Shown here piece by piece: positions 46,096 through 57,897 of a stretch of DNA of 64,000 bases; the first letter of the stretch is position 1, and each line of letters opens with the position of its first letter. The DNA is from Gammaproteobacteria bacterium (GTDB taxonomy: Bacteria; Pseudomonadota; Gammaproteobacteria; Ga0077536). Position numbers and translations under genes: made by a program. The stretch spans positions 1,120,001-1,184,000 of the forward strand of contig CAXXLL010000003.1 of the NCBI GenBank assembly GCA_963662545.2, written 5' to 3'. Below the pieces are notes generated by a model, which did no database searches, was not told where the DNA came from, and saw only the letters and a list, made by a program, of their open reading frames with translations.

Positions 46096-47286
46096 TTATT
46101 TAACATCGATTTGCACAAGCGCCGCGGCCCGCCGCGCCTTATCCCGCGCATCTTCGATCGTTTCACCGCGGGCGAGCGCGACCGCCAACCGTCGCTTGCC
46201 GCTGACTTCGGGTTTCCCGAAGATGCGAATATCCGAACCCGGCTGCGACATGGCTTCCACGGCGCCGGCATAACTGATATCGCTGCCGTTTCCCTTGCCG
46301 AGAATTGCACAACTCGCGGCAGGTCCGAACTGTTCGATCGGCGGCAATTTCACGCCGAGCATTGCCCGTACGTGCAAGGCGAATTCGGAGAGAGGCTGGG
46401 AAATCATCGTCACCATACCGGTGTCATGCGGCCGTGGCGATACTTCACTGAATAAAACCTCGGCGCCTTTAATGAACAACTCCACGCCGAAAATTCCATA
46501 TCCGCCGAGTGCTTCCGTAACGGCCGCGGCGATTTCGCGAGCGCGCTCATAGGCCGCCTCACGCATGGTCTGGGGTTGCCAGGATTCACGATAGTCCCCA
46601 TCCACTTGGACGTGCCCGATCGGTGGGCAAAAGCTGGTACCGCCCGCATGTCTTACAGTGAGCAGCGTAATCTCGTAATCGAAATCGACGATTCCCTCGA
46701 CGATGACGCGCTCACGCGTCGCGCGACCGCCGCTGATGGCGTGCTTCCAGGCAGAAGTGCTTTCCTTGATCTCGTGGACCGTAACCTGCCCCTTGCCCGA
46801 TGAACTCATTACCGGTTTAACAACACACGGCACTCCGATTGCCTCTATCGCTTCTGCGCATTCTTTCTCACTACCTGCGAATCGATATTTTGATGTTGGA
46901 AGCCCTAGTTCTTCGGCGGCCAGACAACGAATGCCCTCGCGATTCATGGTCAAAAGTGTCGCATTGGCCGTTGGCACAACGTTAAAACCTTCGTTTTCGA
47001 GTTCGACGAGTTTGGAGGTCGCGATCGCCTCTATCTCGGGGACGATCAGGCACGGATTTTCCCGACGTATAACATCGCCCAGTGCGTCCGGATCCAGCAT
47101 GTCGATCACGTGCGCCCGATGCGCGACGTGCATCGCCGGCGCATTCGCGTAGCGGTCCACCGCGATAACCTCGAGTCCAAGCCGCATCGCTTCCAAGGCA
47201 ACTTCCTTGCCGAGTTCGCCTGATCCCAGCAGCAAAAGTCGCGTACCGTTTGGCGACAGCGGAGTTCCGATCGATTGAATATTCAC
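46096..47286 (-). CDS. purT: Formate-dependent phosphoribosylglycinamide formyltransferase
   Basis: [39 protein letters not shown]. Confidence 0.97.
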   Translation of the reverse strand: MNIQSIGTPLSPNGTRLLLLGSGELGKEVALEAMRLGLEVIAVDRYANAPAMHVAHRAHVIDMLDPDALGDVIRRENPCLIVPEIEAIATSKLVELENEGFNVVPTANATLLTMNREGIRCLAAEELGLPTSKYRFAGSEKECAEAIEAIGVPCVVKPVMSSSGKGQVTVHEIKESTSAWKHAISGGRATRERVIVEGIVDFDYEITLLTVRHAGGTSFCPPIGHVQVDGDYRESWQPQTMREAAYERAREIAAAVTEALGGYGIFGVELFIKGAEVLFSEVSPRPHDTGMVTMISQPLSEFALHVRAMLGVKLPPIEQFGPAASCAILGKGNGSDISYAGAVEAMSQPGSDIRIFGKPEVSGKRRLAVALARGETIEDARDKARRAAALVQIDVK

Positions 47287-47314
47287 GCGAGTGGCCGCTC
47301 GTTTTGAGGTTTAG

Positions 47315-47476
47315 GGAACCTCTGAGTAAGTCATGGTGCGTCTGAATTGTTCATTAAATTGTGCAGATCAAGGCACGAATCGCAGGCCATAGCGGGGACT
47401 ATGGGCAAGATTCGTAACGCCGAGCTGCGCGATTTCATGGGCAAGGTAGAGGTGCCATGACTTATTCAGAGGTTCC
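47315..47476 (+). mobile_element. MITE family A copy 4 (162 bp)
   Basis: TTAG|GGAACCTCTGAGTAAGTCATGG ... CCATGACTTATTCAGAGGTTCC|TTAG. Confidence 0.9.
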
Positions 47477-48613
47477 TTAGTCATCATTAAGGACATCGAA
47501 GCCGAGGGCGTCGAGTTCGGCCACAGTATCGGGCGCGAGCCCATCGCTTGCAACGATGAAACTCGAGAATTCCCGACGCAGTCCAAAGCGCGCGCGGATG
47601 TCGTCGAAATGGGCATCGCGCCGCGCAGTCGGCAGGGCCAGCATGCGGCGAAGGCGTTCAGAGTGCCCCGCCAGTGGATGCACTTCCGACAGCAGTTCAG
47701 CAATACCTCCGACGGCGGACAGGGGCGTTTCGCGTCCGGCTGCCGGCGCCTTCAATCCGGACGGGAAAACTTCGTTCATCCTGCAGAAAACGTTGAGGGC
47801 GGTATGTAGCATGCGCGTTGCTTCGAGCCGCGCTTCGCAGCTGTGTCCAGCAATGTGCGGGGTCGCCACCCATGCCGACCGCAGGAGAGCCGCATCGATT
47901 TCGGGCTCGTAGGACCAGCAGTCAACGGCGGCATACAGCGGCGCGCCGGCTTCGAGCCGACGACACAACGCACGTTCGTTGACCACGCCACCGCGCGCCG
48001 CGTTGATGAGCAGCGCCTCGTGCCGAAGACGATTTATACCGTTTTCATCGATCAGATCGACGGTGCGGTGTTGCCCCGTGCTCGTCAGGGGTACATGCAA
48101 ACTAACTACGTCGCGGTCCATGATCTCCTCGAGGGACAGCAAACGAATCGCGCCGGATGCCTCGGCCAGCGGCGGATCGCTGATGGCAAATTCGATACCG
48201 AGCTTCTTGAGCAGCGATGCCAGACATCGTCCGACATTGCCATAACCGACGATCCCGACCGCCAGTTCACGCGGCGGCACCTTACGCAACGCTGCATAGG
48301 TATAGAGACAGGTCGCGACATGCTCAGCGACTGCACGCGCATTGCATCCCTCGGCATGGGCAAATTCGATGGACGCACGGGCGAGGAATTCGGCATCGAC
48401 GTGGTCGACGCCTGCCGTCGCCGTACCTACGAACCGGACCGGTGTTCCCGCCAGCAGGGAGTGGTCGATCGGGGTGACGGAACGCACCAGGAGAATTTCG
48501 GCGTCCCCAATATCGGTTTGGCGCAGGCGGCGGCCATCGAACAGGCGTACCGGACCGAACGCCTCAAAAACCTCTGCAACGGCGGCGATTTCTCTGTCCG
48601 CGAGAATCTCCAA
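47477..48613 (-). CDS. pdxB: Erythronate-4-phosphate dehydrogenase
   Basis: LLVRSVT, ATAGVDH, GCNA..VAE, GYGNVG, LHVPL, TPHIAG, RREF. Confidence 0.93.
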   Translation of the reverse strand: MEILADREIAAVAEVFEAFGPVRLFDGRRLRQTDIGDAEILLVRSVTPIDHSLLAGTPVRFVGTATAGVDHVDAEFLARASIEFAHAEGCNARAVAEHVATCLYTYAALRKVPPRELAVGIVGYGNVGRCLASLLKKLGIEFAISDPPLAEASGAIRLLSLEEIMDRDVVSLHVPLTSTGQHRTVDLIDENGINRLRHEALLINAARGGVVNERALCRRLEAGAPLYAAVDCWSYEPEIDAALLRSAWVATPHIAGHSCEARLEATRMLHTALNVFCRMNEVFPSGLKAPAAGRETPLSAVGGIAELLSEVHPLAGHSERLRRMLALPTARRDAHFDDIRARFGLRREFSSFIVASDGLAPDTVAELDALGFDVLNDD

Positions 48614-48637
48614 GGGATTCCGATGCGGGAGCGCGCG

Positions 48638-49564
48638 TCACGGCCGCTCGTCGACGGTCGCACCCTCTTTTTGAACGGGCATCAGATCGATCCTGGCTAC
48701 GCCCAGCGCGAGTGCCGCTGCGCTCGCGACGAATATCGACGAGTAGCTACCGATCACGACGCCGACGATCAGTGCCGTCGCGAAGGCGTGGATGAGTTCG
48801 CCACCGAGGAAAAAGAGCGCCACAAGGACTAGCAGGGTCGTGAGTGAAGTAACCAAGGTGCGCGACAAAGTCTGGTTGAGCGAACGGTTGATGACTTCCT
48901 GTGCCGGGCTCTTACGTATACGGCGGAAGTTTTCACGGATCCGATCGAACACCACGATGGTGTCATTGAGCGAATATCCGATGACTGCGAGCAGCGCCGC
49001 CAATACCGGTAGATCGAACTCCATTTGCGTCACCGCGAAGAAGCCCAGGACCACGAGGACGTCGTGTATCAGCGCGGCAATGGCGCCTAAGGAAAACTTG
49101 AAGGTGAAGCGCAGCATGACGTACACCAATATGCCACCCAGCGCGTACAGCATGGCCAAGGCGCCGTCTTCGGTCAGCTCCTCTCCGACCTGTGGACCGA
49201 CGAATTCGATACGCCGCATTTCGGCATCCGGCAGCAAGTCGAGGATGCGCGTGCTGACGTCGTCCGTTGCCAGTTCTTCGGAAGCTACCAGGCGTACCAG
49301 CACGTCCCGTGGCGATCCAAAGTATTGCACCACCGCATCGCCGAATTCAGACGCCGCCAGCGTCGCCCGAATACCGTCCAGATCCGCTGGTTCTGCGTAG
49401 CCGAGTTCCACCAGCGTCCCACCGGTGAAATCGATGCCGAGCTTGAGCCCGTTTACGGCCAGCATCGCCGCCGAGCCGACGAGTAGAAGCGCGGAGAAGA
49501 ACACCGCGAGGTGACGGCGTCCCATGAAATCGATATTAAATTCGCCCGGTTTTCTGTCAGCCAT
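48638..49564 (-). CDS. secF: Protein translocase subunit SecF
   Basis: GIDFTGG, VGPQVG, HDV, GYSLNDTIVVFDRIRE. Confidence 0.97.
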   Translation of the reverse strand: MADRKPGEFNIDFMGRRHLAVFFSALLLVGSAAMLAVNGLKLGIDFTGGTLVELGYAEPADLDGIRATLAASEFGDAVVQYFGSPRDVLVRLVASEELATDDVSTRILDLLPDAEMRRIEFVGPQVGEELTEDGALAMLYALGGILVYVMLRFTFKFSLGAIAALIHDVLVVLGFFAVTQMEFDLPVLAALLAVIGYSLNDTIVVFDRIRENFRRIRKSPAQEVINRSLNQTLSRTLVTSLTTLLVLVALFFLGGELIHAFATALIVGVVIGSYSSIFVASAAALALGVARIDLMPVQKEGATVDERP

Positions 49565-49577
49565 GATTCACCGCACA

Positions 49578-51395
49578 CTAAATAACGAGTTTATCCAAAC
49601 GGCGACCGCCGTAAATCAGGTTAACCACCGCGCGCGTTCCCAGTATGGCCGTGAACATCGAAGTCAGGATCCCCAGTGACAGCGTCACTGCGAATCCCTT
49701 AATCGGCCCGGTACCGAAACTGAACAACACGACCGACGCGATCAAGGTCGTGATATTTGCGTCGGCGATTGTCGATAAGGCCTTTTCGTAACCTTGTTCG
49801 ATACTCTTCTGCGGCGTATTGCCGTTTCGAATCTCCTCACGGATGCGTTGAAAGATGAGTACGTTGGCATCCACGGCCATACCGATCGTCAGGACGATCC
49901 CAGCGATGCCGGGCAAGGTCAGCGTCGCCTGCAGCATCGACAGGAGGGCGACGATGAGTACCAGATTAATGGTAAGCGCGAGATCGGCCACGAGGCCGAA
50001 CACCTTGTAGTAGAACGCCATGAAGATCAGTACGCCGAAAAAGCCGATAAGAACCGAATTCAAGCCCTTGTCGATGTTTTCCTGACCGAGGCTGGGCCCG
50101 ACCGTGCGCTCTTCGATGATCTCGATGGGGGCGGCCAGCGCGCCGGCGCGCAGCAAGAGCGCCAGGTTTCGCGCTTCCTCGGTGGTATCGAGTCCGGAGA
50201 TCTGGAACCGCTTCGACAGCTGGTCCCGGATGGTCGCTATGTTGATCACTTCGTCGAACCGGCGGCCTTTGCGCTGCTCGATATAAACGACACCCATGGG
50301 TTTACCGATCTGATCGCGGGTCGCGCGGCTGAAGATGCGCGCACCCTTGCCGTCCAGGGTGATATATACCGCCGGGGTGCCCGTCTGTTGTTCGATGCCG
50401 GAGGATGCGTCGATGATATATTCACCCGTCAACATCACCCTTTTCTCGAGCAAGACCGGGTTGCCGTTGCGTTCGTAGAGGAGTTTCGAGTTGACCGGGA
50501 CCCGCCCGTCCACCGCGGCGTTTACGTCGCCGTCGAGATCGACCATGCGAAATTCCAGCGTCGCAGTTGCGCCCAGGATCTGTTTGGCCCGGCTGGGATC
50601 CTCCACGCCCGGCAGCTGCACGACGATGCGGCTCGCGCCCTGCTGCTGAATCACCGGTTCGGCGACGCCGAATTCGTTAACCCGGTTGCGCAAGGTCGTC
50701 AGATTCTGTTTGAGTGCGGTGCGCCGTGTTTCCTGCAGCAGATCCTCACTGATGGTCAGGTGAATCATTTCCGGATCCGCGAGGTCTTCGGCCCGCAAAT
50801 CCTGAAAGTCCGAGCTCAGAATCGGCCCGGCGCGGTCCTTCATTTCCGGGTTCAAAAAGCGCACGAGTACCCCACCCTGCGGATCGCGCGCGATGGAACG
50901 GTAGCGGATTTTCTCCTCACGCAAAGCGGTTCGAAGCTCCGAGACGAAACGATCTTCGGTTTGTACCCTGACCGCGTCCATGTCGACTTGCATGAGAAAA
51001 TGCACGCCGCCACGTAAATCCAGCCCCATGTACATGGGTTTGCCGCCGATCGATCGCAACCACTCGGGCATCGCCGGCGCCTGATTGAGCGCCACGACAT
51101 AACGGTCGTCTCCTGCGGCCTGTTCCACGATTGCGCGCGCCCGCGCACGCGATGCGTCATCGTCGAAGCGGATCAAAAGTCGGTTTTCGCCGAGTTCCAT
51201 TTGCTTCGGCGTGACGTCTGCTTCCGCGAGCGCTTTACTGATACGCGCTCGCAGCGCCTCATCGACCGGGTCCGCACGAAGCGCCGACACTTGAAGCGCC
51301 GGATCGTTGCCGTAAATGTTAGGCAATGCGTAGATCGCACCCAGCCCTATCACGAACATGATGAGCAGGTAGCGCCAGAGCGGATATTGATTCAT
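49578..51395 (-). CDS. secD: Protein translocase subunit SecD
   Basis: MNQYPLW, GLDLRGG, VGPSLG, GMAVDANVLI, GPIKGFA. Confidence 0.98.
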   Translation of the reverse strand: MNQYPLWRYLLIMFVIGLGAIYALPNIYGNDPALQVSALRADPVDEALRARISKALAEADVTPKQMELGENRLLIRFDDDASRARARAIVEQAAGDDRYVVALNQAPAMPEWLRSIGGKPMYMGLDLRGGVHFLMQVDMDAVRVQTEDRFVSELRTALREEKIRYRSIARDPQGGVLVRFLNPEMKDRAGPILSSDFQDLRAEDLADPEMIHLTISEDLLQETRRTALKQNLTTLRNRVNEFGVAEPVIQQQGASRIVVQLPGVEDPSRAKQILGATATLEFRMVDLDGDVNAAVDGRVPVNSKLLYERNGNPVLLEKRVMLTGEYIIDASSGIEQQTGTPAVYITLDGKGARIFSRATRDQIGKPMGVVYIEQRKGRRFDEVINIATIRDQLSKRFQISGLDTTEEARNLALLLRAGALAAPIEIIEERTVGPSLGQENIDKGLNSVLIGFFGVLIFMAFYYKVFGLVADLALTINLVLIVALLSMLQATLTLPGIAGIVLTIGMAVDANVLIFQRIREEIRNGNTPQKSIEQGYEKALSTIADANITTLIASVVLFSFGTGPIKGFAVTLSLGILTSMFTAILGTRAVVNLIYGGRRLDKLVI

Positions 51396-51408
51396 CGGAT
51401 AGGTCTAG

Positions 51409-51430
51409 CAGTCTGTCGGACTTAGGGAAT
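51409..51430 (+). repeat. Solo end of MITE family B
   Basis: CTAG|CAGTCTGTCGGACTTAGGGAAT matches the 38201 terminus; no partner end in the yajC-secD spacer. Confidence 0.72.
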
Positions 51431-51480
51431 TGCTTATCGAGGAGATCGTTCGACGCCGGCGGGATGCCGCCGCAGCGCCA

Positions 51481-51807
51481 TTACATCTCCTTCACCGTAC
51501 CCTTGGGCATGATCTGGGCGATGGCGTGCTTCTGTACCTTGACTTCGGTGCCCTTGGTGATTTCGAGCTTGACGAAATTGCTGCCGACTTCGGTGATGCG
51601 TCCCAGTAGCCCACCGGTCGTCACCGCCTCGTCGCCTTTGGCCAGGGCATCCACCATTTTTGAATGATCCTTTTGTCGCTTCATCTGCGGCCGGATAAGG
51701 AACAAATAGAAGGCCACGAACAGGATGATGAGAGGGAGGAACCCGACCAGGCTCGGTTCCTGCGCCCCGGCGCCCTGCGCCCAGGCATTTTGTATCAAAT
51801 AGTCCAT
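51481..51807 (-). CDS. yajC: Preprotein translocase subunit YajC
   Basis: YLFLIRPQ.KR.K.H, GDEAVTTGG. Confidence 0.96.
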   Translation of the reverse strand: MDYLIQNAWAQGAGAQEPSLVGFLPLIILFVAFYLFLIRPQMKRQKDHSKMVDALAKGDEAVTTGGLLGRITEVGSNFVKLEITKGTEVKVQKHAIAQIMPKGTVKEM

Positions 51808-51859
51808 CGAAACCCTCGAAAAATGGCCGCGTATTATGACACAGCCCTGCGCGGTGGTG

Positions 51860-54045
<2,186 letters not shown>

Positions 54046-54126
54046 ACGGTGATCCTAGCAGCGCTGTATAATGCAATTCGACCCCGAATAAACCATTCAC
54101 TTATACTTTCCGCTCTTCGAATCCAT

Positions 54127-54213
54127 GCCGGGGTGGCGGAACTGGTAGACGCGCCAGACTCAAAATCTGGTATGGGTAACCATGTGAGAGTTCGAGTCTC
54201 TCTCCCGGCACCA
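54127..54213 (+). tRNA. tRNA-Leu(CAA)
   Basis: Acceptor GCCGGGG/TCCCGGC-ACCA, anticodon arm CCAGA-CTCAAAA-TCTGG, long variable arm, GTTCGAG T loop. Confidence 0.96.
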
Positions 54214-54376
54214 TAGAAAAGCATCAGAACCGTCCCCACCACGGCACTGTTGCTGGTGTGGTCCGCAATTCCCTGTAAAGTGCTGGAGGAGCTATAAACG
54301 GACCGCTTGAAACCTCGATGTTTAACTATCCACGGAACCGGATCGACTCCATCCCATTCTTGCTAGAATTTGGAGT

Positions 54377-54616
54377 GTGAGCGGACAGCGCCGTAACCAA
54401 ACCAAGCGCCGGGATTGGGCGATCGCCAAGACGACGCTGAAGGCCGAGATCGAATCCCGGCAGAGTGCGCTGCCGCCACGAGATTCGCTGGCCATGATGT
54501 GGCAGCTCGCCCTCGACGCTTGGGCGAGCGCGGGACGCCCGATACCTGAATACTCACGAGACCAGGCACGCGTAAGCAAGCTCACGATACACGTTGCCCC
54601 GCCTAGCAAAGATTGA
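54377..54616 (+). CDS. Small hypothetical protein overlapping the start of the downstream nucleotidyltransferase gene
   Basis: GGAG RBS before GTG; its TGA overlaps the TTG of the next gene (TTGA). Confidence 0.5.
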   Translation: MSGQRRNQTKRRDWAIAKTTLKAEIESRQSALPPRDSLAMMWQLALDAWASAGRPIPEYSRDQARVSKLTIHVAPPSKD

Positions 54617-55086
54617 ACGAAGATTTCCTCGATATGTTACGCCCCCTATCGCAAGCAAGCGTGCGTTTCATTATCGTTGGTGCACACGCGCTGCCCGGTC
54701 ACGGCTTCCCGCGCGCCACTGGGGATGTCGATATCTAGTTAGAGCCGTGTGAAGAAAATGCCCCGCGGATCTGGAAGGCGCTGCAACAGTTTAGCGCGCC
54801 GATCGACTCACTGAATCTCGCGCCTGATGACTTTTTGGTACTCGGAACGGTAATACAGATCGGCCTGTCGCCGCGACGCATCGACCTCTTGACGAGCATT
54901 ACCGGTGTCGAGGTTTCGGACGCATGAGACTCGCATATCGAGATCGAGGTTGCCGACGTGCGCTTGCCGATCCTGGGGCGCGAACACCTGTTGACACACA
55001 AACGTGCCGTTGGCCGACCGCAAGATCTCGCTGATATCGAGCTTTTGCGCTCGAAGCCTGGAATCGACGATTCGAGTTCCGGCTAG
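54613..55086 (+). pseudogene. Nucleotidyltransferase-like (DUF6036-type) pseudogene with two in-frame stops
   Basis: Manual translation: MNEDFLDML..FIIVGAHA..HGFPRATGDVDI*LEP..RIDLLTSITGV..DA*..K.AVGRPQDLADIELL; TAG at 54736, TGA at 54925. Confidence 0.75.
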
Positions 55087-55112
55087 ATTCTGTCTGCGAT
55101 TCTCGTAGCAGT

Positions 55113-55244
55113 GTGGTCCGGCGTAAGATGAAGATTCTGTATGATGCCACTAGCCTGGACGACCTCGTCACACTGCGGGGAAATTGTCTAGAAGTGCTTC
55201 GAGGCGACCGGAACACTCTTCGAGCGGACGGTACGACTTCGTAA
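55113..55244 (+). pseudogene. Remnant of a HigB/RelE-like toxin gene
   Basis: VRRKMKILYDATSLDDLVTLRGNCLEVLRGDR resembles the recalled HigB core RRKL.ML.AA..L.DL..PPGNRLE.L.GDR; no start or C-terminus. Confidence 0.5.
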
Positions 55245-55310
55245 CATGGCGCGAGAGGCCGGCGTTTTGCGAATCGTTTTTTTTACGGTCGTTGTCCATA
55301 GCCCTTGTCC

Positions 55311-56384
55311 TCACATCGCCGCGCGCCCGCCAGGTTGCGTGCTCGCGTCGAGGAACCTGTCACAAAAGATTGTGTCTTCGCGCATGCCGAGCACCACCAA
55401 TCGCTCGATGCCGGCGTCCACCATCGGCGGCGGTCCGCAGAGATACCCCTGATCGCCGGTTCCGAACCCGCCCACGTCGACGACCTCAGACAGGACGTCG
55501 GTCACCATGCCGCGCGCCCCGGTCCAGTCGCCGCCCGCCGGCTCTTCCGAGAGTACCGGCAATACCTCGAAACTGCCCGACCACGCGCGGCCGATCGCTG
55601 TCAATTCATCGAGGTAAAAGAGATCGGCCCGCGTTCTGGCGCCGAACAGCACCACGCAATCGCGTCGCAAACCAGATCGCACGCCTTCTTCCAGCAAGGC
55701 ATGGATCGGCGCGAGGCCGCTACCGCCCGCGATACAGATTATGCGGCCGTCCGTCTGGCGGTGGTAGAACGAACCATAGGGACCGCTCAGCGCGAGGACG
55801 GCACCGGTTCGATCTTGAGTGAACAACCAATCCGTGAATTCGCCGCCCGGAACATGGCGAATAAAGAAACTGATCCGTCCCGGCTCGCCGGCCCCGGGCG
55901 CGACGGCGAATGAATAACTGCGGGGTTCGTTCAAGCCTTCGATCGAGATCTCTGCGTATTGGCCGGCACGGGCGTCTGCGAAGGCGGCGGCGTCGATGGT
56001 GACCACGACATGTTGGATATCGTGGGTAAGGTACCGGATTTCGCCAATACGCCCCTGGTGCTTTTCAATTACACCGCTTTCCTGTGCGCCAAGTGTGACC
56101 TCGACGACGACGTCGCTTCGCAACTGGGACTGACAGGCAAGTATTGCACCGGCCTTTAGATCATCCAGTTCGAGGGTGTAGGCGAAATCCGTCAGCGGTT
56201 TGATCTGGCCCGATTTGAGAATGCACCGGCAAGTACCGCAACTGCCGACGCGGCAGTCATGCGGCCAGTCGAGCCCGGCCTCGAGCGCCGCGGTGAGCAA
56301 CTTCTCGCCACCCTTGACCACCAGCACCCGCCCGTCCGGATGGATGGTGACCTGGTAGTCGCGCTTTTTTAAGAAACTGAACAC
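55311..56384 (-). CDS. 2Fe-2S ferredoxin:NAD(P)H reductase, XylA/CymAb-like electron-transfer component (start at GTG 56384 inferred)
   Basis: CRVGSCGTC..ACQ 2Fe-2S, RSYS FAD motif, AGGSGLAP, YLCGPPPM. Confidence 0.9.
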   Translation of the reverse strand: MFSFLKKRDYQVTIHPDGRVLVVKGGEKLLTAALEAGLDWPHDCRVGSCGTCRCILKSGQIKPLTDFAYTLELDDLKAGAILACQSQLRSDVVVEVTLGAQESGVIEKHQGRIGEIRYLTHDIQHVVVTIDAAAFADARAGQYAEISIEGLNEPRSYSFAVAPGAGEPGRISFFIRHVPGGEFTDWLFTQDRTGAVLALSGPYGSFYHRQTDGRIICIAGGSGLAPIHALLEEGVRSGLRRDCVVLFGARTRADLFYLDELTAIGRAWSGSFEVLPVLSEEPAGGDWTGARGMVTDVLSEVVDVGGFGTGDQGYLCGPPPMVDAGIERLVVLGMREDTIFCDRFLDASTQPGGRAAM

Positions 56385-56487
56385 GGCGATCCCGGTCGGT
56401 GGTGCTAGCTCGCCGAAGTTGAATCGAACCGGCCAGAGGCTCCTCAACAAGCCCTTGGATCAGGTCGACCCGTCAAAAGCGCAGGGC

Positions 56488-57681
56488 TCAGACCGTCGAC
56501 GGAGAAGCTCCGCTCACCAGCTCCGCAATACCCGATTCGCGGTTGTGCTCTTCGATGACTTTGAGTTCCTCGGGCGTCGCCCAGTGCTCGTCCCAGTCCT
56601 TGAGCATGGGGATCATTTCCTCCCAGAACCACGGCGGGATCCACGAGATCAAGACCATCGTGATATAGCCATACGGCGATTCCGGCATGGGTTTCCACTT
56701 GAACTCGTAGAAGGGCGTATCGTGTTCGTGGTGCGATCCGTGTCGCCCCAGATTGAAAAGAAAGTGGTTGCTCAGTGGGTTGATACTCGAGAACGTATTC
56801 CGCGTGGTGATCTTATCGCCCGGCAGTCGAATCAAACCGTAATGCGAAAAGAAATTGAGCCCTTCGAGAATGTACTTGGAGGTACAAGCCGCGGTGAACC
56901 ACACGATGAACCCCAGCCAGCCGGCCATCGCGAATACCAGCGCGACCACGACTGCGCCGCGCAACCACGCGTGGATTACGCGGTTGTGCGGCGACAGCCA
57001 GTGCTTGCCGAGAGCTTCGAGGCGGCGCTTTTCGATGTTGAAACCGCCCTGCCATTGCTGCCAGCCGCCGACCGTCAGAAACTCGTAGAAGCCGATGCCC
57101 CGCTTTGGCGAAACGGTATCGACACCGGGATACCCAAGCTGCTTGTGGTGGCCGTAAACGTGTTCCGTGGCGAAGTTGCCGCCGAAGCTCAGCGCGAAGT
57201 CCCAGCGGCCGAATCGCATGTCTAGCGGGTTGCCCGTGCGGTGGGTCAGTTCGTGCGCGGCAGAGATACCGCTGACGCCCAGCAGGCCGCCCAGCGAGAG
57301 CCCGGCGCCGAGGAAGTCGAACCCGGCGTTGCCCGCCCGTGCGACGAAGACGTCGTGCGAACTGCCCGCCAAGCCGAGCAGCGCGTTGACCAGGTTTCCG
57401 AAACCGAGAACGTCATAACTAGCGGCGGTCCAGATCGCGACGAAGGTGGCGACCATGTGGCACAACACCGCCGAATAGAGGATGAGGTCGTGGACGATCG
57501 GATAGCGATACTCGGGATTCGTCTCGTCACGCCAATTCTTGGTCAGCATCTCGCCGCCGACGCCGACGCCGAACAGAAAGACGACGCCGCTCCACATCCA
57601 CCAGCCGCCTGCCAGCAGACCGGCGATGGTGATGGCGGCCCAGATCCAGTGTATGTAGCCGAAACGCAGATACTTCCACAT
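56488..57681 (-). CDS. Integral-membrane non-heme diiron monooxygenase, AlkB/XylM family
   Basis: TM segments; His boxes HELTH, EHVYGHH, NFFSHYG, RHGSHH; GGAGGG RBS before ATG 57681; upstream of the reductase. Confidence 0.9.
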   Translation of the reverse strand: MWKYLRFGYIHWIWAAITIAGLLAGGWWMWSGVVFLFGVGVGGEMLTKNWRDETNPEYRYPIVHDLILYSAVLCHMVATFVAIWTAASYDVLGFGNLVNALLGLAGSSHDVFVARAGNAGFDFLGAGLSLGGLLGVSGISAAHELTHRTGNPLDMRFGRWDFALSFGGNFATEHVYGHHKQLGYPGVDTVSPKRGIGFYEFLTVGGWQQWQGGFNIEKRRLEALGKHWLSPHNRVIHAWLRGAVVVALVFAMAGWLGFIVWFTAACTSKYILEGLNFFSHYGLIRLPGDKITTRNTFSSINPLSNHFLFNLGRHGSHHEHDTPFYEFKWKPMPESPYGYITMVLISWIPPWFWEEMIPMLKDWDEHWATPEELKVIEEHNRESGIAELVSGASPSTV

Positions 57682-57897
57682 GGTGATCCCCTCCGCTTTC
57701 AATCCCCCGCAGGTCGCGGGGCGGTCGTCTGAAAGTGTGGCCGGGTATTCCGCACTATGCCGAATCCCGTTCTATCCTGATCCAATTATAGTCCCGGGCC
57801 GTGGTTCGAACTGGAAAGAATGGCGGGATGGCCGCGCGAATGCGCGGTCTTCAGCTACGCGGTAAGCGGCAACCGGCGGGCGCCGGCAGGACTCCGG

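Noticed and set aside
45905-47480. purT having arrived as a composite transposon
   Set aside because: Each flanking copy has its own distinct duplication (CTAA vs TTAG), so the insertions were independent
49794-51017. 407-aa plus-strand ORF, and similar long antisense ORFs opposite secA, ftsA, pdxB, tgt, queA and the monooxygenase
   Set aside because: Shadow frames of GC-rich genes; no recognisable motifs and fully overlapping well-supported genes
54613-55086. Selenocysteine/pyrrolysine or recoded stops in the nucleotidyltransferase gene
   Set aside because: Two different stop types, each one transition from TGG; other genes in the window use TAG and TGA as normal stops; neighbouring DNA is also decayed
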